From assembly GCF_963921235.1 (NCBI RefSeq), contig NC_086108.1, positions 93,064,001-93,128,000 of the forward strand: 64,000 bases of DNA, read 5' to 3'. Position 1 is the first letter of the stretch; every line of letters begins with the position of its first letter. The stretch is from Mobula hypostoma (Eukaryota). Made by a program: the position numbers and the translations under genes. The notes beneath the pieces were generated by a model. That model was not told the DNA's origin and did no database searches. It saw nothing but the letters and a program-made list of their open reading frames with translations. This document shows positions 1-12,248 of this stretch, in pieces.

Positions 1-284
1 CTGGTTTGGGATGTAAAATGTTTCAAACAGTGCTTGTATTGGAGCAAGTTTACCCTGATTACCGATCACGAACTACTAGTGTCAATTTTCAATACACAGC
101 AGCTGTTCTGCCAACAGCAGCAGCACAAAAGCAGAAATGGCCTCTGTTTCTTGGAGGACACAATTACAAGATCGAACTGAAGAGGACAACTCATCATGGA
201 AATGCTGGTAAATTGTCCCATTTACCCTTGGACAAGGAAATACCTGAAAAATTTACAAAAGATAATTCACAAAAATTTACAAAA

Positions 285-1413
285 AATGGATTTCAGCAAG
301 GCACTTGATAAGGTACCCCATACCAGGCTTATTGAGAAAGTAAGGAGGCATTGGATCTAAGGGGACATTGCTTTGTGGATCCAGAACTGGCATGCCCACA
401 GAAGGCAAAGAGTGATTGTAGACGGGTCATATTCTGCATGGAGGTCGGTGACCAGTGGTGTGTCTCAGGGATATGTTTTGGGACCCTTACTCTTCGTGAT
501 TTTTATAAATGACCTGGATGAGGAAGTGGAGGGATGGGTTAGTAAGATTGCTGATGACACAAAGGTTGGGGGTGTTGTGAATAGTCTGGAGAGCTGTCAG
601 AGGTTACAGCGGGACATTGATAGGATGCAAAACTGGGCTGAGAAGTGGCAGATGGGGTTCTACCCAGATAAGTGTGAAGTGGTTCATTTTGGTAGGTCAA
701 ATATGATGGCAGAATATAGTATTAATGGTAAGACTCTTGGCAGTGTGGAGGATCAGAGATCCGAGTCCATAGGATGCTCAAAACAGCTGCGCAGGTTGAC
801 TCTGTGGTTAAGAAGGCATATGGTGTATTGGCCTTCATCAATCGTGGGATTGAGCTTAAGAACCGAGAGGTAATGTTGCAGCTATATAGGACTCTGGTCA
901 GACCTCACTTGGAGTACTGTGCTCAGTTCTGGTCGCCTCACTACAGGAAGGATGTGGAAACCATAGAAAGGGTGCAGAGGAGATTTACAAGGGTGTTGCC
1001 TGGATTGGGGAGCATGCCTTATGAAATTAGGTTGAGTGAACTCGGCCTTTTCTGCTTGGAGCGACTGAGGATGAGAAGTGACCTGACAGAGGTGTATAAG
1101 ATGATGAGAGGCATTGATCGTGTGGATAGTCAGAGGCTTTTTCCCAGGGCTGAAATGTTTGCCACAAGAGGACACAGGTTTAAGGTGCTGGGGAGTAGGT
1201 ACAGAGGAGATGTCAGGGGTAAGTTTTTTATGCAGAGAGTGGTGAGTGCATGGAATGGGCTGCCAGCAACAGTGGTGGAGGCGGATACGAGAGGGTCTTT
1301 TAAGAGACTTTTGGGTAGGTACGTGGAGCTTAGAAAAGTAGAGGGTTATGGGTAACCCTAGTAATTTCTAAGGTAGGGACATGTTCGACACAACTTTGGT
1401 TTTCTATGTTTCT
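285..1413 (+). mobile_element. CR1/HER1 LINE, 5'-truncated (RT C-half and 3' UTR)
   Basis: SGVSQGYVLGPLLFVIFINDL, KIADDTK, LVRPHLEYCAQFWSP; (TTTCTATG)n tail; approximate TSD aagataattc (259-268) / aagacaattc (1414-1423). Confidence 0.95.
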
Positions 1414-2206
1414 AAGACAATTCTCCTTCTGATGTATTCTCCCTTAACACAAATTGGACGTCTCTCTATTACAGCAGAGATGATCCAAAGGGAAACCAGT
1501 AAAGACAGTTCCACATGGAAACCCAAAATGGCTGAAAAATGCAGCAGGAATTTCAGTTTCCCCATTTTTACCAGCACTGGGATGAACTTGTCCTTGACGG
1601 GGGTTGCCTTATGTGGGGATTGAGAGCATCCAAGCTGAGAGCTAAAGCATTGTATGAGCTACACACTGGTCATCTAGGCATGGTCAAAATGAAAGCATTG
1701 GCTTGAGGCTTTGTCTGGTGGCCTGGTGTAGATCAGCAGATCGAGCAGCTTTCCATGCACCGTTCGGGATGCCAACACATCCTGAAGAAAAGGGTCCGGA
1801 GCTGTCAAAACCATTTCCCCTGCTGTCCTAGAGTCAACTTCTACAACCAGCATGAAGGAGACCCCAGAACCTGAGATTGTTTGGTGGCCACAAGTCTCAC
1901 CTGCCAAGCAGAGTGACCCCCTCCCCCCCACAACTTGTCAGGAAAGATGTTATCCCACAAGAATAAAGAATCCTCCATAGTGATCAAATTTTTAAGCCTG
2001 AATGGAACAACTTAAAATTCACTATGCTGTGAATGACCATTAGATAGAATACTACATACTGTATACTCCCATCCCCTTTTCCCAATCATGATTCCCCTCT
2101 CCCTGTTCACTTCCCACTTTCAGTTCACAATAGAGACCCATATCAGAATCAGTCACATGTCATGTAATCTGTGTTTTTTTTGCAACAGTGCAGTACAAAT
2201 TTACTA

Positions 2207-2247
2207 CAGTACTGTGCAAACATCTTAGCACCCTAACTAGGTGTGTG

Positions 2248-2290
<43 letters not shown>

Positions 2291-2330
2291 GTATGTATAT
2301 ATATATTCTTGAGACATTTGCAAGATACTG
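2207..2330. mobile_element. Tc1-type MITE with (TA)n/(TG)n core
   Basis: TA|cagtactgtgcaaa ... tttgcaagatactg|TA: imperfect TIR with TA flanks. Confidence 0.65.
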
Positions 2331-4258
2331 TATACTTCATACTTTATTGTCGCCAAACAATTGATATTAGAACGTACAATCATTACAGCGATATTTGATT
2401 CTGCCCTTCCCGCTCCCTGGATTACAAATTGATAGTAAAAATTAAAAATTTAAATTATAAATCATAAATAGAAAATAGTAAAGGTAGTGCTAAAAAACCA
2501 AGAGGCAGGTCTGGATATTTGGAGGGTACAGCCCAGATCCGGGTCAGGATCCGTTCAGCAGTCTTATCACAGTTGGAAAGAAGCTGTTCCCAAATCTAGC
2601 CATACAAGTCTTCAAGCTCCTGAGCCTTCTCCCAGACGGTTGGGTGGGGCGGGTCCTTGATTATCCTGGCAGCACTGCTCCGACAGCGTGCGGTGTAAAG
2701 TGAGTCCAAGGACAGAAGATTGGTTTGTGTGATGTGCTGCGCTATGTTCATGATCTTCTGCAGCTTCTTCTGGTCTTGGACAGGACAACTTCCATACCCG
2801 GTTGTGATGCACCCTAGAAGAATGCTTTCTATGGTGCATCTATAAAAATTAGTGAGGGTTTTAGGGGACAGGCCAAATTTCTTTAGTTTTCTGAGGAAGT
2901 AAAGACGCTGGTGGGCCTTCTTGGCAGTAGACTCTTCTTGGTTGGACTAAGTCAGGTCATTTGTGATATTGACCCCGAGGAACTTAAAGCTTTTGACCTG
3001 TTCCACTTGCGCACCACTGATGTAAATGGGGTTGTGCTGTCCACTACTCCTTCTGAAGTCAACAACCAATTCCTTCATCTTGCTGATGTTGAAGGATAGG
3101 TTATTGTCTTCGCACCATGCCACCAGGTTCTTAATTTCCTCTCTGTACCCAAACTCATCATTACCTGAGATATGGCCTACAATTGTGGTGTCATCAGTGA
3201 ACATATATATTGAGTTCAATAGAAACTTGGCTACATAAATCATGGATGTACAGTGAGTACAGCTGGGGACTGAGTACACAGCCTTGTGGGGCACCGGTGC
3301 TCAGAGTGATTGCAGAGGAGAGCTTGTCCCCTATTTTTACAGTCTGGGTCCTGTCTGTGAGGAAGTTGAAGATCCAGCTGCAGATCTGAGTGCTAAGGCC
3401 CATGTTTCAGAGCTTAGGAATCAGTTTATTTGGAATGATGGTATTAAAGGCAGAGCTGTAGTCAATGAAAAGGAGCCTTACGTATGCGTCTTTGTTCTCC
3501 AGCTGTTCTAAGGAGGAATGTAGGGCCAGAGGGATGGCATCTGCCGTTGACCTGTTGCTCCAGTAGGCGAATTGCAAAGCGTCGAGGTTGACTGGTAGGC
3601 TGTAGTTGATGTGTGCCATAACCAATCTCTCGAAGCACTTCATAGCAATTGATGTCAGAGCCACAGGTCAATAGTCATTCAGGCATGCCACCTTGCTCTT
3701 CTTCGGCACTGGGATTATCGTTGCCGTCTTAAAACACGAGGGGATCTTAGACTGAAGCAAGGAGCATTTGAAGATGTCAGCAAACACTCCAGCTAGCTTG
3801 CTTGTACAGGCCTGGAGAACCCGTCCCGGGACGCCATCTGGGCCCGTCGCCTTCCTTGGATTTATCTTCAGGAAGGCCCTTCTAACGTCCTCCTCGGTGA
3901 CAATGAATCTCGATGCCACCAGGTCCGGTTCATCCGGAGGGAGCAGGACGATCCTCTTCTGTTTGAATCATGCGTAGAATACATTAAATTCGTCAGGAAG
4001 AGAAGCGCCACAGTTATTGATATTCCCAGCCTTTTCTTTGCGCCCAGTGATCTCATTTAGACCCTGCCATAGTCTACTGGCATCCCTCTGGTTAGCCTGG
4101 GCTTCCAACTTGGCTCGATATTGCCTCTTGGTGCCCTTAATGGCTTTCCGGAATTCATGCCTGGATTCCGTGTAGTGACTGGTATCCCTGGACCTAAAAG
4201 CCGCAGCTCTAGCCTTGAAAAGGGACTTGACCTCATAATTCATCCAAGGATTCTGGTT
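2331..4258 (-). mobile_element. Rex-Babar (Rex1-like) LINE, RT and 3' UTR
   Basis: [58 protein letters not shown]; highly similar to 19152-20315. Confidence 0.92.
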
Positions 4259-4325
4259 ATAATTATACAGTATAAGTGCTATGCATTCTATATTGAGTTG
4301 GAGTTTATAGCTCAGCAGGGAGGAG

Positions 4326-4567
4326 TATTGTTTATTTAGTATTACAGTAATATTTGAGTAATATTGTAAATATATTGTTTGATTAAGCATTCTTTGTTTA
4401 AATAATTCATTACGGGTTATATGTAAAAGTATGTGCATGGCATACGTTACTATGTCAAAACATCATAAGTGCCTCGCTGAAGGTAAAAATGAAGTAGACA
4501 TGCTAACCCTGAGCTCCCTTGTATTTCTTTCAATTAGTTTTATGTTTTGAGGTTACAAAATATAACA
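4326..4567 (+). repeat. 3' LTR of Gypsy copy A
   Basis: Follows a purine tract, ends tataaca, and is colinear with the LTRs at 38069, 43601 and 61200. Confidence 0.85.
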
Positions 4568-4609
4568 ATACCTCCACTACAATTATTCTAAATACTGGCA
4601 CTCCCCCAC

Positions 4610-5640
4610 TCCCTATGCTAATCATTGCACACTCGTGACTGCATAGTCAAATTCTGCTCTATCTCATCCTCAAGTTTACAGATGACACCCAGTAGTAGGC
4701 TGCATCTCAATTAATGATGAGTCAGAGTACAGGAAAGAGATGGTGAGCTTTTGAGTCCCATTTGACTCTCACCAATTTCATTGATACACCATAGAAAGCA
4801 TTCTATTTGGATGCATGACAGCTTAATGTGGCAATTTCTCTGCACATGACCACAAAAAAACTACAGAGTTGTAGAAACAAGCCTCCCCACCCATGGGCTC
4901 TGTCTAAACTGTATGTCACAGACGGGTCATTTAGAAAATAGTGTTTTTTTTGTCAGTTATTGTGTGGACTGTATTTTCTCAGTGTCACCTCATAGGTCTG
5001 CATTGTCCTTGGATTGTTCACCTTTTATATTTAATTGTTCGCCTTTGCACTAACTCTGGTCTTTCACTTTGTGTTGCAGATGTCTCATTTGGGATTATGG
5101 AGATTGTTAAACTCCCTCTGTATTTATCACTTTTATTCAATTTGGGATAATTTAATTAGCACAGTTTTGTCAATGTCTTATATTCCTACTTTCAGGGGAG
5201 CAGGCCAACCCCTTTTTGCTCGGTCATTGTGGTTCCTTGTCTGCTGAAACTCAGACTGGGTTCTGTGTATTCTGAGCGAATACAAGATTCTGTACAGTTT
5301 GCATGAGCCCTTGTTAGTTTTGCTGGTTAATTTCTGTAATAAATGTTTAGTTTTGTTTGAATTGCTTAAGTCTCCGTGATTCCTGCACTTGAGTTCACTA
5401 GTGATCCTTACTCTATACTTCTCGTTCCCTCAGAAAAGCAGCCATCATAATCAGAAACCCCATCCACCCAGAGGTTCTCTCTCTCCCCTCAAGGACAACT
5501 TTTATCCCACTGGTATCAGAGTCTTAAGCAGACCTCTTGTGTGATAAGCTTGATTCTTGATCTACAGTTGGCCTCACTGTGATCTTGCACTTTATTGTTT
5601 ACCTGCACTGCACTTTTCTGTAGCTGTAACACTTTATTCT
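4610..5640 (+). mobile_element. Old, decayed Rex-Babar 3' fragment split by an insert at about 4911-5411
   Basis: aagtttacagatgacacc (KF-DDT), accatagaaagcattct; continuity across the insert with TSD-like tctaaact / tctatact. Confidence 0.6.
4914..5410 (+). mobile_element. Possible solo LTR of an unrelated family
   Basis: Starts tgtcaca, has AATAAA near 5338 followed by ctgcacttgagttc, and interrupts a Rex fragment; the 3' terminus is not clean. Confidence 0.35.
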
Positions 5641-5659
5641 GCTTTGTCATGTGGAGGTA

Positions 5660-5965
5660 TTTATTTGTCTATTTAGTGATACGGCACAGAGTTGGCCCTT
5701 CTGGCCTTTCGAGCCACGTCCCCAGCTACCTCCAACGAACCCAATATACCCCTATCCCAATTGCGGGACAATTTACAATGATTAATTAACATACTCAATA
5801 CATCTTTGGACAGTGGGAGGAAACCAGAGCACTCAGAGGAAATCTGCACATTTCATGGGGAGGGCGTACAGAGACTCCTCACAGAGGATGCTGGGATTGA
5901 ATTCTGAACTCCTGTGGCCCAAGCTGTAATAGTGTCACGCTAACCTTGAAACCATCGTGGCGCCC
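5660..5965 (-). mobile_element. HE1-like tRNA-derived V-SINE
   Basis: tttggacagtgggaggaaaccagagcactc (V-domain, reverse strand); B-box-like gggattgaattc. Confidence 0.7.
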
Positions 5966-7182
5966 TACCATTGTGTTATTGTTTTACCTTGCTCTGGGGT
6001 GTATGGGGTGTTAGGGAGGGGTAGCACCTCTGCTGTGAAGACCTATCGTACCTTCCGAGGTAGGTCCTCCACCTTTTGTCCTCACCTGGCACTCAGCTGT
6101 CACCTGTGGCTCCAGGCGACAGTGGCCACATCCTGGGGCAAACTAGATGACAGTAGCCATTGAGATTTTTTTTTGAACCCTTGGTGACTTCAGGCTTGTC
6201 TGTCCAAAGCATGTGAAGACTGGATTTGGTGGACCGCGCAGAGGAAACCATCAGCTGGTTCAACAAGCAGGAAGGTGTTCCCCATCATGTGTTGTGGAGC
6301 ACAGCAAGACACATAGATTGCCCTGGTCATCCACTGCATCCTGACCTATCTCCAGTCGTCTTGACTCTCTTCTTGCCACTGAATCCAGATAGACTAAGAT
6401 GAGAGAGTGAGGTTGATGACTTGTGCAACTCTCCCTCACTTTAATCAAATTTATGTGCAAATCACAACATCACAAGCCACCAGCTTAAGTATGTCAGTAG
6501 TCCTCATCGCTCGTGCTTACAGGGTTACAGAAAGAACAGGCAAACTCCACATGGACAGCACAGGAGACAGGATGAAACCTGGGCTGTTGGAGTTGTGAGG
6601 CAGTAACACTACCTACCACGCCATTTCACTATGGATTCACTTTTGAGGACTCTACAATTCATATTCAGTATGTATATTTTATACAACCTTGAGATTTGTC
6701 TCCTTACAGGCAGCTACAAAACAAAAAAACCCAATAGAACCTATTGAAACGAAAGGTCGTCAAACACCGAACGTGTAGAAAAAAAGGAGAAAAACATGCA
6801 AACAATAAAAGTAAGCAAATATATTTCAGAAATGAAGTTCACAAAAGTGAGTTCACACTGATAGTCGCAGTGTGGCATCCCGTTATTTTCAATCTACCCT
6901 GGCTCTTAAATTGTCCAGACTTCGCTCTCAGACCTGGACCCTGCCACTTCGATATGCTGTCAGGCTGGTGCCCTGCCACCTCAATTCAGCCTGTAGCCAA
7001 CTTTTCCACTTCGGCTTGGCACTTAAATCGATCAAACTTCGGGTCTTTCCTTGACCTCAGGCTTGGGTCTGGGCTCCGTTGCCCCGACTCCGCATCACCT
7101 CCGCTCACCTTGCCTCAAATTGCCTCTGTTCACTCCAGAAAATGGCCAAACATTGGCTCATTCCGGCCCAGACCCACCGGCT

Positions 7183-7365
7183 GGATCTATGGAAAAGTGT
7201 AAGCAGTCAATGTCTCAGGTTGAGACCCTTCGTCAGTCCTGATGGGTCTTGGTCCGAAATGTCGACCATTTACTCTTTTCCACAGATGCTGCCTGGCCTG
7301 CTGAGTTCATTCAGCATTTTGTGTGTGTGTGTTGCTTGGATTTCCAGCATCTGCAGGTTTTCTCC
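7183..7365. mobile_element. Penelope-derived terminal repeat, inverted pair with hammerhead remnants
   Basis: cagtcaatgt...gacccttcgtcag | tcctgatgggtcttggtccgaaatgtcgac; followed by gatgctgcctggcctgctgagttc...ccagcatctgcag. Confidence 0.75.
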
Positions 7366-8454
7366 TATTTGCTCTCCAAGGTGACCCATGGTCACTTTGG
7401 GAAACATGAGTGTCAGGTCAGGATGCATTGCTTCTCCACAGAGTATGGCATTGTGGATGTCAAAGTGGAAAACTGAGGTGACGGATTTGTTTGGGTTTGC
7501 TTGCCATTGAAACACAGAGCATTGTGCAACTGTCTAATCTACAGTAAATGAAAGCATTTCTACAGATCCAGAGTTCAAGTTCTCTGCGTCCTCTACACCT
7601 CTTCACCTGTGAGCTGGAAGGCCACCTCATGGGTGAAGTGGCAATCCCATACTAAACCTGAAAGATGCTTGACAGTGGAATACTATCATCTCTTATAAAG
7701 TAAAATCAAGTGACACAGGAGACAACAAGACTTTGCGGCCAGATAAGCTGAAAGCCTTCTGTGTTCGCTTTGACCATCAGAACACGGAAGAACCATCATG
7801 AACTCCCACAGCCCCAATCATCTTGTGATTTCAGTCTCTGAGGCCAAAGTACAAAAGCCTTCAGGAGGATGACCACTGAAAAACATCTGGCCCAGACGGG
7901 GTACCTGGCCAAGTACTAAAGTCCTGTGCTGATCAACTGGCTGGAGTGCTCACTGAGATCTTTAAACTTTGGCTTTGGCAGTCTAAGATAACAAACTGCT
8001 TCAGGCAGGCTTCAATTATACCGGTGCCTCAGAAGTGCTCAATGACTATGTAACACTTCCATCCACATGAAGGATTTTGAGAGGTTGATGATGAAACATA
8101 TCAAGTCAAGCCTGAAAAACAACTTGGATCTACTCCAAATTGTCTCCCAGTGCAGCAGGTCCACAGCAGACACCATCTCATTAGCTGTTCCCTCAACCCT
8201 GCAACATCTGGATAGCGAAGATGCATTCATCAGGATGCTCTTTATCAACCACAACTTGGCATTCAATACCATCATTCTCTCAAAGACATTCAATAAGCTT
8301 CAAGCTCTTGGCGCCAATACCTTATGCAATTGGATCCATGATTTCCTCATTTGCAGACTACAGTCAGTTCGAATTGGCAACAACATTTCCTCCACAATCT
8401 CCATCAGCCACGGGTGGAGCACAAGGCTGTGTGCTTAGCCCCCTCCTCTACTTG

Positions 8455-8780
8455 TTTTTTTTTTGGCGTGTACCTGCGTGCGAGTCTCTGCATGTGCATC
8501 TGTGCGCGTGTGTCTTCATGTCTGTGCGTGTGTCCGTGATGTCTTTTTCATGGATTTTACAAGGCGCGAAGCAAGAGAGAGAGACTGTGTGGCGCATCAC
8601 TCCTCACACAGATATTTTTCACTGTATTTTCCCTTTTTGTTTTACGAGGTCGAGTTGCGATCTCGACACTCAACCTGGCACAGATGGAAAGCGTACTCGG
8701 GAGCGGACCCGACTAGTTTCGAACCTGGGAACCTCCGCTCCCGGGTCCGGCGCTGATGTCGTTGCACCACCAGCCAGCCC
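8455..8780 (-). mobile_element. tRNA-headed SINE, full length with TSD
   Basis: Reverse strand has an A-box-like TGGTGCAAC, B box GGTTCGAAAC and an A tail; TSD ctctacttg (8446-8454) / ctctactcg (8781-8789). Confidence 0.85.
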
Positions 8781-8840
8781 CTCTACTCGCTTTACACTTA
8801 TGGCTGTGTGGCTAAGTGCAGCTCCAATGCCATATTCAAG

Positions 8841-9032
8841 ATTGCTGGAGACCCAGCAGGCCAGGCAGCATCTATGGAAAAAACTACAGTTGACCTTTTG
8901 GGCCAAGAACCTTCAGCAGGACTGTTCGGCAGGAGTCCTGCAGGAGAAGGGTCTCGGCCCGAAACCTCGGCTGTACTTTGTCCATAGATGCTGCCTGGCC
9001 TGCTGAGTTCTTCCAGCATTTTGTGTGTATTG
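8841..9032. mobile_element. Penelope-derived long inverted repeat
   Basis: cagcaggccaggcagcatctatgga ... tccatagatgctgcctggcctgctg arms around two hammerhead remnants. Confidence 0.8.
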
Positions 9033-11345
9033 CAGTAACTTTAAATCCCTCAGTGTTATCATTCTGGAGGCCTGTCCAGGGCCCAGCACGCAAGTGCAAC
9101 TACAAAGAAAGCACAGCAGCACCTCTCCTTCCTTCGGAGTTTACAAGATTCAGCATGACATCCAGAACTTTCACAAACTTCTATAGATGTGTGGTGGAGA
9201 GTATCACAGTCTGATATGGAAACACCAATGCCCTTGAATGGAAAATCCTACAAAAAGTAGTGAATACGGTCCAGTCCATCACAGGGAAAACTCTCCCCAC
9301 CACTAAGCACATCTACTTGGATTGCTGTCGGTGGAAAGCAGCATCCATCATTAGTGACCCCCATCACCCAGAACATGCTCTCTTCTTGCTGCTTCCATCG
9401 GGAAGAAGCTACAGGAGCCTCAGGGGTCACACCACCAGGTTCAAGAAGTTATTTCCCCTCAATCATCAGGATCTTGAACCAAAGGAGATAACTTCATTCA
9501 ACTTCACTTGCCCTCTAATTTAAATGCTCCTATAACCTATGGAATCACTTTCATGGACTCTTCTTCTCATGATCTCAATATATTAATTAATTAATTGATT
9601 GATTGATTTTTGTACTTGCACAGTTTGCTGTCTTTTGCACACTGGTTGAGCAACCAAGTTGGTGCAGTCTTTAAGCAATTTTCTTATGTTTATTATGGAT
9701 TTATTGACCATTCTCACAAGAAAATGAATCTCAGAGTTGTGTTTGGTGATGTACATGATAATAAATTTGCCTTGAAATTTGTACTCTCCACAATTCCAAC
9801 AATACGGCCTTGGCTGCCAGGTCAAGCTGTGCGTCAGAGGATTATTGGTTGAAGACTCACTTCACAAAAGGCAGGCTGACACATCTATCTCATTTGCAGA
9901 TGAGACAATGAACTGCTTGCACTGTCAAGTGGACGTCCTTTGCCCCAGTTTAGATGAAGAGCAGAGAGTTCTCTCACTGTATCTCCTGGTGATGTTAAAC
10001 CTGAGTGTCTGTATAACACTCAGATTGTCTTATTATTATCACATCACTTCATAACTTCAGAATGAGCTCATGTAAACAGACAATAATAATTACAATCTTT
10101 TTCCCTTCCTGCTCAGTCCTATGAATATTTATAGTAGCCTCAGCTCAGTAGGACTTTTTGAGAGGAGTAAGTCTCCAGAGCTTCAGTCACATGACGACTT
10201 CTCATGTGCGTAACTCTTAGTGACAGATTCTAAACACTGTTGAATTAGAGACTAAATTGCTTCTTTTTGTAGTTTAACTTGCTTTATGCTTATTTATATT
10301 TTCATATCATCACCTGTCTGCGTGTTTTGTGCCGGGGTCACAGACGGAGTACGTGTCGCTACCAGAGATGGAGTGAGCTACTTGAAGAGCAGTCGATGCG
10401 GAAGACTCCTGCTGTCCATTCGCCTAACCCGGGTGCAAGGTTGGGTCGCTCCAAGCTCTGAGCTGATTGGGTGAGATCGAGAAGGGCTTCGGGCTGGGCG
10501 GGCTGGGTGTGTCACCGCGCCTGGACTCAGGTCCCGGAGCGTGTCACTACCCGATGCTTGGATGATTTAAACGCCAGTCCAGACAGACTGAAAGCCCGAG
10601 TGTCAGGGGATCAGACTGATTTCGCTCGCTCTCCCGCAAATATTTATTCCTTTCTCTGGCTGCCAAGGCTGTGAACTGAGCCGGCTGCTGTGCGTTTCTG
10701 CCCCACTGGTGCGATGAGCTGAAGACCTGAGGCTTGTTATCATTATCATCACATCATTTTATTGAGATACAGTGTGGAATAAGTCCTTCCAGCCCTTTGA
10801 GCCACAGTGCCCAGTGACCCCTGATTGTGCCTCCGTCTGGTTCCAGACACTGTTGGCTTGCTTCTGTTGTTTGTATGATGTGTATATGCTTCTTCCCCTT
10901 TCTTTCTCTGCACAGTGGGTTTTGGTCTTTTTTTAAAATTGGAGTGTTTGGGTTTCTTGCTTTGTAGCTTCCTGTAAGCAGACAAATTTCAAGCTGTATA
11001 ATTTATACATTCTTTGATAATAAATGTGCTTAGAAATCTTGAAATCTTGAAAACTTTTTTTTGTGCTTTTTGTGTGTTTAGTAATGTTTCAATATTTGTA
11101 GTATAGCTAGTTCAAAGTTCTAAGTTGAAAGTAACTTTATTATCAAAGCGTGTACATGTCACCATTTTCTTGCAGGCTTTCACGGTAGAACAAAAAGTGA
11201 CATGGAATCAATGAAAAACGACACACAGTCAAATACCGGCAAACAACCAATGTGCAAAGGAAGACAAAATATGCAAATACAAAAGAAAACAAATAGTAAT
11301 AACCACAACAACAACAACAACAGCGGCAACAAAATAAATAAATAA

Positions 11346-11670
11346 GGGCCAGCTGGTGGCGCAACGACATCAGCGCCGGACCTGGGAGCAGAAGATCCCA
11401 GGTTCGAAACTAGTCGGGTCCACTCCCGAGTACGCTTTCCATCCGTGCCGGTTTGAGTGTCGAGAACGCAACTGGACCTCGTAAAATAAAGGGAAAATAC
11501 TGCGAAAACATCTGTGTGAGGAGTGGCTTGCCACACAGTCTGTCTCTCTTGCTCCGCGCCTTGTAAAAGCCATGAAAATTACATCATCACGGATGGACGC
11601 ACGGCACACAGACGCGCACGCACACACAGACGCACATGCAGAGACTTGCACGCACGCAGGCACATGCTAA
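11346..11670 (+). mobile_element. tRNA-headed SINE, same family as 8455-8780
   Basis: gggccagctggtggcgcaacgac...ggttcgaaac; inserted in (TAAA)n and followed by (TACA)n. Confidence 0.85.
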
Positions 11671-12248
11671 TAAATAAATAAATACATACATACATACATA
11701 CATACATACATAGATTTTCAACTAATTACTACTGAGAACATTATTTGCAAAGTTATTGAATGTCAGTCCATAGGTCGTGGAATCAGTTCAGTATTTTTCT
11801 GGTAGTTTCTCTGCAGCCTGTGTCACGCCATTGAATGACCGTCTCATAGGTTGTCCCTTATCAATGGAGTGTGTCTTTATCTATCTAGTCTGAGTTAATT
11901 TTTAGTATACAGTGACTATGACTTCATTTGCTCTTCTTTGTTCTTCCTTTGTTCTCTCCCTTCCTTACAGTAGAATGAGTTTGTTGTTTTTTCATCGTAT
12001 TTGTTTATTTTATTGAGATGCAGTGTGGAATAAGCCCTTCTGGCCCTTTGAGCCACAGTGCCCAGTGACTCCTGATTAAACCCTAGCATAATCTCGGGAC
12101 AATTTACAATGACCAATTAATAATTAATCTTTGGACTGTGGGAGGAAACCGGAGCACCCGGAGGAAACCCACGCCATCACAGGGAGAACGTACAAACTCC
12201 TTCACAGGCAGTGACAGGAATTGAACCCAAATCGTTGGTACTGTAACT

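Larger units (their letters stand above)
1..4567 (+). mobile_element. Gypsy (Mag-like) LTR retrotransposon copy A, 3' part: RNase H end, integrase Zn-finger, IN tail, PPT, 3' LTR; interrupted by CR1, a MITE and Rex
   Basis: 1-268 encodes a decayed RNase H end (TAAAQKQKWPLFLGGHNYKIELKRTTHHGNAGKLSHLPL). 1414-1790 has ITAEMIQRETSKD and GHLGMVKMKALA*GFVWWPGVDQQIEQ...C (IN HHCC region). 1790-2040 matches the tails at 43270-43500 and 60910-61110. PPT-like gcagggaggag precedes the LTR at 4326. Confidence 0.85.
7690..9480 (+). mobile_element. Older Rex-Babar LINE interrupted by a SINE and a Penelope inverted repeat
   Basis: [63 protein letters not shown]. Confidence 0.85.

Noticed and set aside
8221..9006. 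261-aa ORF as a novel protein
   Set aside because: It is a chance read-through across Rex, SINE and Penelope pieces.
9861..10000. Coding exon joined to the 13516 candidate
   Set aside because: The joined frame stops after about 40 codons, before the donor; weak acceptor; no homology recognised.
11346..11420. tRNA gene
   Set aside because: It is the head of a SINE that continues into a shared body and tail; no clean cloverleaf.
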